Assembly: GCA_038245785.1 (NCBI GenBank)
Contig: JBBRSB010000022.1
Coordinates: 1 to 64,000, forward strand
DNA length: 64,000 nt
From: Gloeobacterales cyanobacterium
GTDB taxonomy: Bacteria; Cyanobacteriota; Cyanobacteriia; Gloeobacterales; PMM-0068
Direction of reading: 5' to 3'
The first letter of the stretch is position 1. The number at the start of each line of letters is the position of its first letter. Of the stretch, positions 48,051 through 57,568 are shown piece after piece. The notes below the pieces were generated by a model. That model ran no database searches. It saw nothing but the letters and a program-made list of their open reading frames with translations, and was not told where the DNA came from. The translations under genes and the position numbers were made by a program.

Positions 48051-49097
48051 CTAGGCTACATAAGCCTTTAAAGCATTAATCAACTGGATATTTTGTTCAT
48101 GTGTCCGTATAGAAACTCGGAAGTAGGCATCACCCAGTAGAGCAAAACTACCACAGTGACGAATCAAAACATGTGCATCCTTTAATAGTTGTTCTTGCAG
48201 GGAATGAGTAGAGAATTGGCTATGGATTAAAAGGAAATTGACAACACTCGGCAAAGGAGTTAGTCTCTTCAATTTAGCGATTTCTGTAGATAAAAAAGCC
48301 CGTTCTTCCTGAAGCCAAGTCAAAGTTTTTACGCAGAAATCTGTATTTTCTAAAACTAAGACGCCCAGTCTTTGCGCCAAGCCATTGACGGCCCAAGGGT
48401 CACGCCAAGCTTGCCAGCGGGCTAAGCGGTCAGGATGGGCAATGGCATAGCCTAATCGGATCCCAGCCAAAGAGTAAAACTTCGTCAAAGAACGGAGGAC
48501 AACTAAGTTGGGATATTGGGCCACCAGGGGGATAAAACTTTGGGTTTCACCGCCAGGGACAAAATCCAGAAAAGCTTCGTCCACCAGAACGAGATCATAG
48601 TTCTCCAGAAGCGATTCCAGGTGCTTTCGGGCGAAGAGTTTTCCTGAAGGATTATGGGGGTTATTCAGGATGAGCCCCATGCCTCCTGCTAAATCCGGCA
48701 AATCAAATAGGGGAATCGTCATGTCCAGGGTAACTAGCGGCACCTCAAAACTATCTAAAGCTCTTTGGTAATCAGCAAAAGCTGGCCTGACCAGCGTGAC
48801 CGTCCCCCCCTGCCGAGCAAAATCACGAGCCATCCAGGTGAGCAGTTCTGCCGCTCCATTACCGGGCAAAATCCAGTCAGGGTCGAGGCCATGATGTTGA
48901 GCTAAAGCTTTGCGCAGTTCCCAGGCTTCCGGGTCGGGATAATCGGTTAGGAGTGCAGGTTCTCGGCGCAGCAGTTCCTCTACATCCACCGGAGGACCGA
49001 AAGGATTGATACTGGCGGAAAAATCTAGGATTTCCTCAGGCACGCATCCAGCTCTAAGGCTAGCCTGGTACCGATTGCCACCGTGTCTGGGAATCAT
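48051..49097 (-). CDS. cobD: Threonine-phosphate decarboxylase (cobalamin pathway)
   Basis: HGGN, DFSASINP, GNGAAE, NNPHNPSG, DEAF, RSLTKFYSLAGIRLGY. Confidence 0.85.
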   Translation of the reverse strand: MIPRHGGNRYQASLRAGCVPEEILDFSASINPFGPPVDVEELLRREPALLTDYPDPEAWELRKALAQHHGLDPDWILPGNGAAELLTWMARDFARQGGTVTLVRPAFADYQRALDSFEVPLVTLDMTIPLFDLPDLAGGMGLILNNPHNPSGKLFARKHLESLLENYDLVLVDEAFLDFVPGGETQSFIPLVAQYPNLVVLRSLTKFYSLAGIRLGYAIAHPDRLARWQAWRDPWAVNGLAQRLGVLVLENTDFCVKTLTWLQEERAFLSTEIAKLKRLTPLPSVVNFLLIHSQFSTHSLQEQLLKDAHVLIRHCGSFALLGDAYFRVSIRTHEQNIQLINALKAYVA

Positions 49098-49104
49098 AAA
49101 GACC

Positions 49105-49185
49105 TGCGGACGAAAGGACTTGAACCTTCACGAGTTACCCCACTGGCTCCTAAGACCAGCGCGTCTACCATTCCGCCACGTCCGC
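49105..49185 (-). tRNA. trnL: tRNA-Leu (anticodon TAG)
   Basis: GCGGACGTGGCGGAATGGTAGACGCG CTGGT-CT-TAG-GA-GCCAG, long variable arm, GGTTCAAGTCC, ends CGTCCGCA; CCA not encoded. Confidence 0.95.
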
Positions 49186-49194
49186 TCAGACTCA

Positions 49195-49959
49195 CTATTC
49201 TATGTCAAAAGGGTCCATCGCATATCCAACATTTGTAAGACATAGACCAACTGGAGGAGCAGCAAAATTGGTGGTTGCCCGACTGCGACTGCGCCAACGC
49301 TGCTCAAATTCTTCTACATTGCAGGTTCCTCGCCCTACCTCTTGCACCAAAGTCCCTACCAGCAAGCGCATCATGCCGTAGAGGAAACCACTGGCGCGAA
49401 CGCGAATTTGAATCAGGTCTCCCTGTCGTTCACAGCCGACCATCAATACTTCTAGCTTAGAATGTGTCCTCTTACTCCCCGCCCGGCGGAAGGTTTCCAG
49501 TTCCTGCAGCCCAAGCAGGGTTTCAAGAGCTTCAGCGATCAAGGAGGCATCTAGGGGCTGATAGTAAAACCAGGCTCTGTCTCTCAGAAAGAGATTAGGA
49601 GTACTGCTGTTATGGATGGTGTAGCAATATTCCCGCCACAAAGCATTAAAACGACTGTGCCAATCGGGGGGAACCTCCGCCGCCGCCCGTACCAAGATAT
49701 CTGCGGGCAGACGAGCATTGAGCGGGCGAGGCCAGCGATAGGCAGGAATAGGACTTTTTGTATCAAAATGAACTACCTGACCAGCAGCATGAACGCCCGC
49801 GTCGGTTCTGCCCGCACCGTGAATGCGAGAAAACTCGCCCGTCATTTCTAGAACGGCGCCCTCTAGCTCTTCCTGGACAGAACGAGCCTTCTCCTGATGT
49901 TGAAAGCCATGAATATGAGTGCCCAGATACTGGACCTTAAGTGCGATGCGGGTAGACAT
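49195..49959 (-). CDS. truA: tRNA pseudouridine(38-40) synthase
   Basis: AGRTDAGVHAAGQVVHFD, FLYGMMR, APPVGL. Confidence 0.95.
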   Translation of the reverse strand: MSTRIALKVQYLGTHIHGFQHQEKARSVQEELEGAVLEMTGEFSRIHGAGRTDAGVHAAGQVVHFDTKSPIPAYRWPRPLNARLPADILVRAAAEVPPDWHSRFNALWREYCYTIHNSSTPNLFLRDRAWFYYQPLDASLIAEALETLLGLQELETFRRAGSKRTHSKLEVLMVGCERQGDLIQIRVRASGFLYGMMRLLVGTLVQEVGRGTCNVEEFEQRWRSRSRATTNFAAPPVGLCLTNVGYAMDPFDIE

Positions 49960-50009
49960 AGATCAGACGCTGTTCAGCATTCGGGCCGTGAATGCACTTA
50001 TAGCATCAA

Positions 50010-50618
50010 CTAGTGATGCATAGAGGAGTAGCCTAATGCTGCAACACCCACATGCAGTAAGACAAATAAGCCACGGAAAATCCAGGTTCCGAAAGGGATA
50101 GAGTTTTCCAACTTAGGCAGGAATGGGAGCGCAAACAACAGAAGAGGAACACCCGACATCAGCGCTAAACCAATAATCTTCATCGGAGAAGCGAGGACTA
50201 CACCGAAGGCGGGGAGCATATACCACTCAGGCAATACCTTCACAGGAGTGGCAAACACGTTGAAGATATCTCCCAGCGTTGGGGGATAAAAAACTGTCAG
50301 CGCGGCAGCAAACACGACGCAGAATAGGACTGTACACGCCACATCAAAAAAAGTTCTAGAAAATTTTATGGGCTCTTGTGCATTCTGAGGAGTCGTTTCC
50401 ATGACCATCTTGGGAGTCCTCTCAACTTGGTTTACTGGAAGTTCAGCCATGACTGTAGGTTCTAATACTGCTGCCAAAGGAGTCGGAACGTTAGGAACAG
50501 GCTGAGTTTGTGGGGCATCAGGCTGAGAAAGTCCTGCACGGATCATTGCCTCACGGACCCTATTGCTTACCTGGGTTTCCCCACCTTGGCCCTGCGATAA
50601 GTCCGATGAGTTGTCCAT
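50010..50618 (-). CDS. Divergent cytochrome b6f subunit IV (PetD)-like protein with N-terminal extension
   Basis: FATPVKVLPEWYMLPAF and three hydrophobic helices; ~85-aa Pro/Gln-rich N-terminus. Confidence 0.65.
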   Translation of the reverse strand: MDNSSDLSQGQGGETQVSNRVREAMIRAGLSQPDAPQTQPVPNVPTPLAAVLEPTVMAELPVNQVERTPKMVMETTPQNAQEPIKFSRTFFDVACTVLFCVVFAAALTVFYPPTLGDIFNVFATPVKVLPEWYMLPAFGVVLASPMKIIGLALMSGVPLLLFALPFLPKLENSIPFGTWIFRGLFVLLHVGVAALGYSSMHH

Positions 50619-50710
50619 GAGGCTAAGTCTCTGTTACATATCTATACGATTGTAACCAGGCCTTCTCAGATGCGCACAGCGCTTTAGTAATTTTTTTCAA
50701 TATATCTCAA

Positions 50711-51292
50711 CTATTCTTTAGCATCCAGATGGTCTGCTAAAAGGCGTAGCTCCTTAGCGGCCTGCTCTCTCGGCGTCTTCACCAGCCAATCTGAGAGGGT
50801 ATCGACCAAATTCGCTGCTTTAACTTCCTGACTGGGTGCCTTAAGTTCTTTCTGGGGAGCACTAACATTGCATCCCATGCATCCGGCGACGGCCAACTGG
50901 TCTGCCCGTTCATTACCAGCATTGCCTGAGTGGCCTTCCACCCAGGTCCACCTAATCGAGCGTCCTTTTGCAAGCCGGATTAATTCTTCCCATAGGTCCT
51001 GATTGGCAACAGGGGCTCCTTTACTATTTTTCCAACCTTTTCTTTGCCAACCCGCTACCCAAGACTGCATCCCTTTGACCAGATAACTGCTATCGGTGCG
51101 AATCTCTAAGGGTCCCTGCGACTCCTGAAGGGCACGAGCGGCTGCCCAAAGTTCTGCCCGCTGATTGGTGGCAACACCCGGTAAGGGTTCAGAAATCTCT
51201 TTGACTGAGTCCGGGAAATAGACTCCAATTCCGGCCACGGCCCGGGCAGTGCCATTTCCCTGACAGGCTCCATCGGTATAGGCAACCATCAT
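50711..51292 (-). CDS. rnhA: Ribonuclease HI with C-terminal extension
   Basis: YTDGAC, TNQRAEL, TDSSY, NQDLW, WVEGHSG, NERAD; ATGA overlap with upstream stop. Confidence 0.92.
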   Translation of the reverse strand: MMVAYTDGACQGNGTARAVAGIGVYFPDSVKEISEPLPGVATNQRAELWAAARALQESQGPLEIRTDSSYLVKGMQSWVAGWQRKGWKNSKGAPVANQDLWEELIRLAKGRSIRWTWVEGHSGNAGNERADQLAVAGCMGCNVSAPQKELKAPSQEVKAANLVDTLSDWLVKTPREQAAKELRLLADHLDAKE

Positions 51293-51714
51293 GCTCGTTT
51301 CACAGAGAGCCACAATGCTTTTAGTTTGGGGGGAAGCTCTAGGGCTAAGTCTCGCACTTGGTCATCCGACAAGTAGGCCTTAGTGGCGGCAAAAACAGCT
51401 TCCAGTGCTTTTCTTGGGCTGCTAACACCCAAAAGATAATCCTCTTCCTCTTCCAACCGTTCCAGCACTTCAGCCAAGTCAGTCTTGGTTTCATCTTGCT
51501 CTAGATGTTCTAGCCAGGCAATCAGGGGGTTTTCAGCCCAGGCATCTTCCAGGTCTTCTGCTAAGAACTCTCCCTCTTCATAGGGACTGGGGAACAGCTC
51601 CTTCAAGGCCATAGAGACGGCTTCGGCTACTCTTAGGGCATCGTCTTTACTTTCTAAACGAGCAAACTGTTGAATACGGCCTAGAAAATCTTGCACACTG
51701 TAGACTGGACTCAT
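51289..51714 (-). CDS. DUF2267-like protein
   Basis: DALRVAEAV..AL...AVFAATK...LPPKLKALW. Confidence 0.6.
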   Translation of the reverse strand: MSPVYSVQDFLGRIQQFARLESKDDALRVAEAVSMALKELFPSPYEEGEFLAEDLEDAWAENPLIAWLEHLEQDETKTDLAEVLERLEEEEDYLLGVSSPRKALEAVFAATKAYLSDDQVRDLALELPPKLKALWLSVKRA

Positions 51715-51824
51715 TCGCTATCCCTGCAATACTAGAAAGAACATTCAAAACCTTGCCTGTCCCCTGCATTTCCAATGTATGATAACGCGCCTGTGCATGA
51801 TGAAATAGCATTCTCACAACCGAT

Positions 51825-52640
51825 ATGAATTTTACCTCTGCCGCCCGGCAAAATTTTTACGCCATCCTTCACCAACCGGAACCAAGCATCAATCTTGCCG
51901 AGGCAGCGCTCTATATTGCACAGGAAGAATATCCTGCCTTGGATGTAGAAGAGTATCTCAATGCTTTGAATACTATGGCGATGGAAGTGCAAGAACGATT
52001 GGGGTCCGAGACTTACCCGCTACGCATTATTCATAAGATTAATCAGTATCTCTATGAGGATTTGGATTTTCAAGGAGAAAACTACGATGATCCCCGCAAT
52101 AGTTTTCTAAATGATGTCATCGAACGAAGAAGGGGAATACCTCTTACCCTTTCCATCGTTTATTTAGAAATCGCCAAACGCATTGAATTTCCAATGGTGG
52201 GTATAGGAATGCCTGGCCATTTTTTAATCCAGCCAGACCAGAATGAAATCGAAATCTTTGTGGACCCTTTTCAAAGAGGAGAAATTCTTTTTGCAGAAGA
52301 CTGTCAACAAAAACTAAATGCTATCTATGGCAAGTCGATGCCTTTTAGAGCAGAGTTTCTAGCTCCTGTCGGCCCACTTCAAATCCTAGCTCGGATGTTG
52401 ACCAACCTTAAGCATATCTACTTGAAGCAAGGTGATATCGATAAAACTTTAGCCGCAATCGACCGTATTCTCTTGGTTTTCCCTGAAGCCTCCCGTGAAC
52501 TGAGAGACCGAGGATTTCTTTATCACCAGATGGAGCGATGGGTCGAAGCAAAGAGAGATTTAGAACTCTATTTGACAAAAAATCCACGTCTAGAAGACAT
52601 CATGCTAGTCCGCCGTCTACTGGAGCAAATTCCTCCTTAA
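51825..52640 (+). CDS. SirB1/transglutaminase-like TPR protein
   Basis: YDDPRNSFLNDVIERRRGIPLTL, GMPGHF, RMLTNLK, ELRDRG. Confidence 0.9.
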   Translation: MNFTSAARQNFYAILHQPEPSINLAEAALYIAQEEYPALDVEEYLNALNTMAMEVQERLGSETYPLRIIHKINQYLYEDLDFQGENYDDPRNSFLNDVIERRRGIPLTLSIVYLEIAKRIEFPMVGIGMPGHFLIQPDQNEIEIFVDPFQRGEILFAEDCQQKLNAIYGKSMPFRAEFLAPVGPLQILARMLTNLKHIYLKQGDIDKTLAAIDRILLVFPEASRELRDRGFLYHQMERWVEAKRDLELYLTKNPRLEDIMLVRRLLEQIPP

Positions 52641-53203
52641 TCGGCAGCGATATCTCGGAAAACAAGCCTTCCATAACCCAAAAACTGTTTCACCATATTT
52701 TCACCTGCTGGAACAGCATGGATTTCTAATAAATAGGTGCCTGCCTGTTCGGGATTGCGCATTTTGGCAAACTCAATCGTGACCGTCTGATCCGGGCTAA
52801 GGGGCGGCTCAAAATCAAGGATTAAGGTCCTTTTTTGTAGCGTAATCCGTGCTGGAATCTTCTGAGCCGGATAGTGAGGGAGTAGACTTTCAGGTTCTGT
52901 AGGATTGAATACCAAAATATTTTTGGGCTCTGGTAACTCCATGCCAAAAGCGGCATTATCTTCTGGAATATCAAGCGTCAATTGTGCTAAAGACTGTTTA
53001 ACAGAACTAGGAATTTGGATAGTGAACTGATAGGAGGCGGGATAGTAGTTCACCGTATCGTAGATGGCATAGGCTCTAGTTAGCTTTAGTGCAGCGTCAA
53101 AGGACTTAGACTCAGCTGGTCTAGACTCTATAGCGCTGACAGCAGGCACTAGCATGACCAAACCTATCGATACTAAGAGATTCAACCATATCTGTTTATG
53201 CAT
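52637..53203 (-). CDS. DUF2808-like exported protein
   Basis: Signal peptide; YQFTI, PPLSP, RNP..AGTYL, QFLGYGRL. Confidence 0.7.
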   Translation of the reverse strand: MHKQIWLNLLVSIGLVMLVPAVSAIESRPAESKSFDAALKLTRAYAIYDTVNYYPASYQFTIQIPSSVKQSLAQLTLDIPEDNAAFGMELPEPKNILVFNPTEPESLLPHYPAQKIPARITLQKRTLILDFEPPLSPDQTVTIEFAKMRNPEQAGTYLLEIHAVPAGENMVKQFLGYGRLVFRDIAAD

Positions 53204-53211
53204 GAACCCTC

Positions 53212-54042
53212 CTAAATTTTTAGCGTCACCTCATCCACTATTTTGCCCTCGGTATCGATAGCCTGAACGTAAAGTATCTTATCGGTATTCTTAACAGATA
53301 AGAAATGACGAATTGAGGCACTGTAGGCCGTGAAGGATGACTTATCTACCGGTCGAATATTAGCGCCGCCTCCACAAGTAATATAAACAGTGCCATCCAT
53401 TGATTTGGTACGTTCATAGTTGTGGTCATGACCATTGATATAAAGCTGCACTCCATACTTTTTCAGCAAAGGGGGCAAGGAGCTGAGCAGCTTTGGATCA
53501 CCCCCATGCATGCCGGATGAGTAGACCGGATGATGACCATAGACCACCTTCCACGGAGTCTTGGCTTGAGCCAAAGCTTGATCTAACCAGCGGAGTTGAG
53601 CTTCATCTACATCGTTGGTATCCAAGGCAAAAAAGCTGACTGCGCCTTTCGTGAAGCTGTAGTAGTTCCCTGGCATCTGAAAGTACTTAATTTCGTCTTT
53701 ACCTTGATGGGTGCGAATATCGTGGTTTCCCAAGACGGCATAGAACTTAACGCCTGTGGAGAGGAGCGGTTGGTAAGGTTTTTCAAAAACAGCCCCGATC
53801 TTTTCGATTTCGCCATTGTTATAGATGTTGTCTCCACCCAATAGGGCAAAATCAAATTTATTTTGGCTGTTCATAGTAGCCATCGCTTTGGCCACTGCAT
53901 ATTGGCCCTTATCGCCTGTACCAAAATCAGCGGTCACAGCCCAATGTTGGGCATTCGCCCCAAGAGCTGAATCGGGCCAAATAATGCTTTTCGGAACCAT
54001 CGACAAAACAGAGAGTAAAGCGAGGGCTTGCCTTCTACGCAT
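53212..54042 (-). CDS. Exported metallophosphoesterase (acid-phosphatase-like)
   Basis: DFG, GDNIY, GNHD, GHHP, GHDHNYER; RRR signal. Confidence 0.9.
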   Translation of the reverse strand: MRRRQALALLSVLSMVPKSIIWPDSALGANAQHWAVTADFGTGDKGQYAVAKAMATMNSQNKFDFALLGGDNIYNNGEIEKIGAVFEKPYQPLLSTGVKFYAVLGNHDIRTHQGKDEIKYFQMPGNYYSFTKGAVSFFALDTNDVDEAQLRWLDQALAQAKTPWKVVYGHHPVYSSGMHGGDPKLLSSLPPLLKKYGVQLYINGHDHNYERTKSMDGTVYITCGGGANIRPVDKSSFTAYSASIRHFLSVKNTDKILYVQAIDTEGKIVDEVTLKI

Positions 54043-54175
54043 AGAGAAATACTCCTGATTTAGCTTTGTCTTGTTCCTGCAATTCTACGGAAGTTTATTT
54101 AATCTTCACCAAAACCTCAGCGTTCCTTGTGTTTTCATCCGTATTCTCTCGGCATTCTAAAGGAAGCCCCCATGC

Positions 54176-55015
54176 TTGATTCACGCAGAGGTTCCTACGG
54201 TGAGCGAAGCCAGAATTCTTGTTGTAGACCATAAACAAAGTAATCCAGACCTCTACACAAAACTTGCAGAGCGCGGCTACAAAGTTTACGTTCATCTGAG
54301 CTCTGATGATATTGATGAACAGGTACAGAATGTCCGTCCTCAGTCCCTGATTCTGGATGCATCCTTGCCTGGTTTTAACGCACTAGAATATTGCCGGGCC
54401 CACAGTGAAAAAATGCCCCATGTTCCCGCACTCCTGATGGCTGACCGGGTAGAGCCGATGCTGCGGGAATGGGCGCACAGCATGGGTGTACTAGATCTGC
54501 TCAGCCGCAATTCGGATGAATTGGCCTCTCTGGTCTGGCGGGTCGATGGCATTATCCGGGAGCGTTTCCCTGAGGTAAATCTTCAGGAGAATGATGGAGA
54601 AATTCTCTGGTCTGTGGGGGGAGGCACCTTCGTACCGAGGGTAAGTAAACCACAAAAGCAAGTTGAACCCGCGCAAGTATCTAATACCCAAGCGCTCTTG
54701 GATGGCGTAGAAGGAATTCTGGCCTTCAGCGCTGAGGGGAAAATCCTGAAAATGTCCGGAGTAGTAGAAGATAATCCCCTGTGGATCAAAGGCTTGCTAT
54801 TTAGCTTGAACCTTTGTGGGTCTATATCTTCTGTCCTATCTGTTGGAAGCTTGAAGCATCTCATTATTCGTCATCAGTTTTCTGCTTCAAAAGCATCAGA
54901 AGTACTCTTGGTGAAGCGCAGCTTTGGCTACTTAGCCATCGTCGCTAAAGATGCACAAAAGTTTTCAGACGATGTTTTCAGCTGGGCACAGAACGGGGCT
55001 GTCTTAGATAGCTAA
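54176..55015 (+). CDS. Atypical receiver domain fused to a roadblock/LC7-like domain
   Basis: ILVVD...LILDASLPG; conserved Lys not evident; C-terminal GVEGILAFSAEGKIL; start could be GTG 54200. Confidence 0.6.
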   Translation: MIHAEVPTVSEARILVVDHKQSNPDLYTKLAERGYKVYVHLSSDDIDEQVQNVRPQSLILDASLPGFNALEYCRAHSEKMPHVPALLMADRVEPMLREWAHSMGVLDLLSRNSDELASLVWRVDGIIRERFPEVNLQENDGEILWSVGGGTFVPRVSKPQKQVEPAQVSNTQALLDGVEGILAFSAEGKILKMSGVVEDNPLWIKGLLFSLNLCGSISSVLSVGSLKHLIIRHQFSASKASEVLLVKRSFGYLAIVAKDAQKFSDDVFSWAQNGAVLDS

Positions 55016-55129
55016 TTTGACAAATCTTTAGATATAGATTCACCGAGATTGAGTAAATCGGAGTGAGTTTGGGAATCCTGTTTATATAGCCAAGTCTGAT
55101 ACCTAACTATTCTTTCCGAGCGTATTTTC

Positions 55130-55612
55130 ATGGTCAAGCGTGTCAAAATTGAGCCTTTAGCTACAGAAACTGAGGTTTTGACGAATAGCAACCTCCTGTC
55201 CGCCTTGATGGAACAGGAACTGCACGTTATCAAAGCCTGCGGTGGTCGTGGCTTGTGTGCGACTTGCCATGTCTTTGTCCGCAAAGGTCAAGATTCTCTC
55301 AGCCCCGCTAGTTCCCGTGAGTCTCGGACGCTACAGGTGATCACAGGGGCCAATGAATACTCCCGTCTCGCCTGCCAAGCCCGTGTTGTAGGCGAAGGGG
55401 TGGTGGTTGAGCTGCCTGTTGGTATGTACGTAACTTCTCTGGCCGATATCTTCGTGCTGGTGGGTCGTCGGGCTGAAGAACCTCTTCTTCACCCAGTTAC
55501 AGGACGCACTCTAGTAGAACAGGGCAAGATCATTACCCGTTCCATACTTAAGCAATTGGAAGGGGAAGATTTTAGTATCGGAGAAACTCTCTCTGGTACG
55601 ACAAAAGCGTAA
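55130..55612 (+). CDS. 2Fe-2S ferredoxin (Pap-operon type)
   Basis: CGGRGLCATCHV...SRLACQ. Confidence 0.9.
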   Translation: MVKRVKIEPLATETEVLTNSNLLSALMEQELHVIKACGGRGLCATCHVFVRKGQDSLSPASSRESRTLQVITGANEYSRLACQARVVGEGVVVELPVGMYVTSLADIFVLVGRRAEEPLLHPVTGRTLVEQGKIITRSILKQLEGEDFSIGETLSGTTKA

Positions 55613-55634
55613 AGTTTGAACTCATTTATTGGAG

Positions 55635-56303
55635 ATGACCATCGTGGTAGCTTCACTGCCCAAAAATCTAAAGAAACATAACCACTACAGCCGTCGTGAT
55701 TTCTTCACCTTCAACCCTGAAGAAGGGAGCATTATTGACTGGAATGGCTCCCAGAATCTTCTCGTAAGTGAAGATTTTATTTTCGGGTTACAGAAAGGTT
55801 TAGAAGAAGAAGTAGGAGATGCCTCTGCTGCTGTCATGTATAGCATCGGCATGGATTGGGGTATCAAAGACGCTGTGGTCTTCGGCCAATGGTTTGAGAA
55901 AGAATTTAATATGAAGCCCACCCAGGCCAATGTTTTGTTTCTGTTAGAAACCTGGTGGTGGCCCTTTACGGCTCAGGGTTGGGGAAAGTGGGAAGTGGAC
56001 ATGGATCAGCGGAAGCAGGGGTTCATTTTCATCAATCTCTTTGATTCTGCCGTTGCAAAGACCTTAGGCGATGTGGGCAAGCCTGTTTGTCATCTCTATG
56101 CCGGACTTTTCTCTGGTTTCTTCACCTCCATGGTTTCTCGCTCTTTGAGCTGTATCGAAGTCCAGTGCTATGCCATGGGCGAAACCTATTGCAAGTTCCT
56201 GATTGCCTCTCAGCAGCGTATTGATGCGGCAACCTTCTGGCTCAATGAAGGAGCTTCGGCCAAGGAAATCTCTCGCCGCTTAGAAAGTGGAGAGCGCAAA
56301 TGA
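55635..56303 (+). CDS. V4R domain protein
   Basis: GWGKW, PVCHLYAG, EVQCYAMGETYCKF. Confidence 0.9.
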   Translation: MTIVVASLPKNLKKHNHYSRRDFFTFNPEEGSIIDWNGSQNLLVSEDFIFGLQKGLEEEVGDASAAVMYSIGMDWGIKDAVVFGQWFEKEFNMKPTQANVLFLLETWWWPFTAQGWGKWEVDMDQRKQGFIFINLFDSAVAKTLGDVGKPVCHLYAGLFSGFFTSMVSRSLSCIEVQCYAMGETYCKFLIASQQRIDAATFWLNEGASAKEISRRLESGERK

Positions 56304-56566
56304 TGGTAGAAACCGTTGGGACTTTCTTCCGGGGAATTAATTGGGAGGATATCGCTATCGCTCTTCCCTCTGTACCCACCATGCTCGTTGAGCAGGTCGT
56401 TCAGTCTTTGAAAGATATGGACCGCAATCAAAGTGTTGCCCATTTTTTCAGCCAAATCTGCTGGGAAGATGACGGTTCTGCTGGAACGGTAGCGGTAGCG
56501 AGCCCTGCACCTCAAAAGTCGGGCATGTCTTTAGATGACCTGGGTGATTTTTTTAGTGATCTTTAA
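56300..56566 (+). CDS. Small hypothetical protein of the V4R operon
   Basis: Repeated FFxxIxWED motif; ATGA overlap with upstream gene. Confidence 0.65.
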   Translation: MMVETVGTFFRGINWEDIAIALPSVPTMLVEQVVQSLKDMDRNQSVAHFFSQICWEDDGSAGTVAVASPAPQKSGMSLDDLGDFFSDL

Positions 56567-56577
56567 GGAGATACTCC

Positions 56578-57045
56578 ATGCACACTGTATTAGAAAAGAT
56601 GATTGAGCAAGGTGATGGTAAGTACCTTGGGAATAAAGATGTCCAAGTTTTATTGGACTATGCCCAATCAGTACAACTAAGAATTGAAACCTATCAAGCT
56701 ATTCAGAGTCAAGAAGCCCAGCTTATTGCTTTGGCCCTGGAAAAAGTTCATGTAGAGCCTGTTTACACAAGCCGTTACATCAACACAGAGAACGGCAAAT
56801 GTTCACGGGATATGTCAGCAACTCTACGATATTGCACTACTGCTATGTTGCTGAACGATGAGCAATTTCTCAGAGAAGAATATCTAATCTGGTTGGAAAC
56901 TATCATCCGGTCACTCAAGCACAAGGACTTGACTTTAGTCTCCATGGAAGCTTTAGGGAAAGCGCTTTCTGAGCTGTTGCCTCAAGCTCAATCTAAACTT
57001 ATGGCTCCCTATTTCAACTTAGTCTGTGACACTTTCAGAATGTAA
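56578..57045 (+). CDS. Phycobiliprotein/globin-like protein
   Basis: DGKYL, KCSRDM..TLRY..AML..D, LIWL. Confidence 0.75.
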   Translation: MHTVLEKMIEQGDGKYLGNKDVQVLLDYAQSVQLRIETYQAIQSQEAQLIALALEKVHVEPVYTSRYINTENGKCSRDMSATLRYCTTAMLLNDEQFLREEYLIWLETIIRSLKHKDLTLVSMEALGKALSELLPQAQSKLMAPYFNLVCDTFRM

Positions 57046-57094
57046 CCGCGTATTCTGACCACCAACTTCAACCATTTGTTCAGGAGTGTATCCG

Positions 57095-57550
57095 ATGAAT
57101 TCAGTCATAGAGCGCATTGTAGAAGAAGGTCAGGGGACTGCTGGCCAAGGCCAATATGTGGATGCTGAGGTTCTTAGTGCCCTTAGTATCTTTGCGGACT
57201 CCATGGCAGCGCGCAGTGCAGCCTACGAGGCTATTCAAAATCAAGAAAAATCGATTGTCGAAGAGGCTTGTCAGTCGGTCAATGGTTATGCCGATCCTGA
57301 AAAGCTTATCCAGGAAATGACTTTGCTCCTCCGTCACAGCGCTTTAGCGATGCTTATGGATGATGCTACCGTCCTCATGGAAGGAGGGTTGTCCTGGGTG
57401 CGTGCAATAGCAGAAGCGCAACAACAACAAGAACTCTATGTAGCGATTTCTGAAAAATTGATGGCGGCTACGCTACGAGCTTTGCCAGCTGATCAAGGCT
57501 CTCTGCTCCAGCCATTTCTTTCGATGATTCCCCAAACCCTGAAATCTTAA
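57095..57550 (+). CDS. Phycobiliprotein/globin-like protein, Cys-less paralog
   Basis: GQYV, YEAIQNQE, LLRHSALAMLMDD, LSW; AGGAG RBS before ATG 57095. Confidence 0.65.
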   Translation: MNSVIERIVEEGQGTAGQGQYVDAEVLSALSIFADSMAARSAAYEAIQNQEKSIVEEACQSVNGYADPEKLIQEMTLLLRHSALAMLMDDATVLMEGGLSWVRAIAEAQQQQELYVAISEKLMAATLRALPADQGSLLQPFLSMIPQTLKS

Positions 57551-57568
57551 TCCCTGAGGCTTTCTTCC

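Noticed and set aside
49105..49185. tRNA-Leu as an integration site
   Set aside because: Flanked tightly by truA and cobD, with no integrase or duplicated tRNA 3' end seen.
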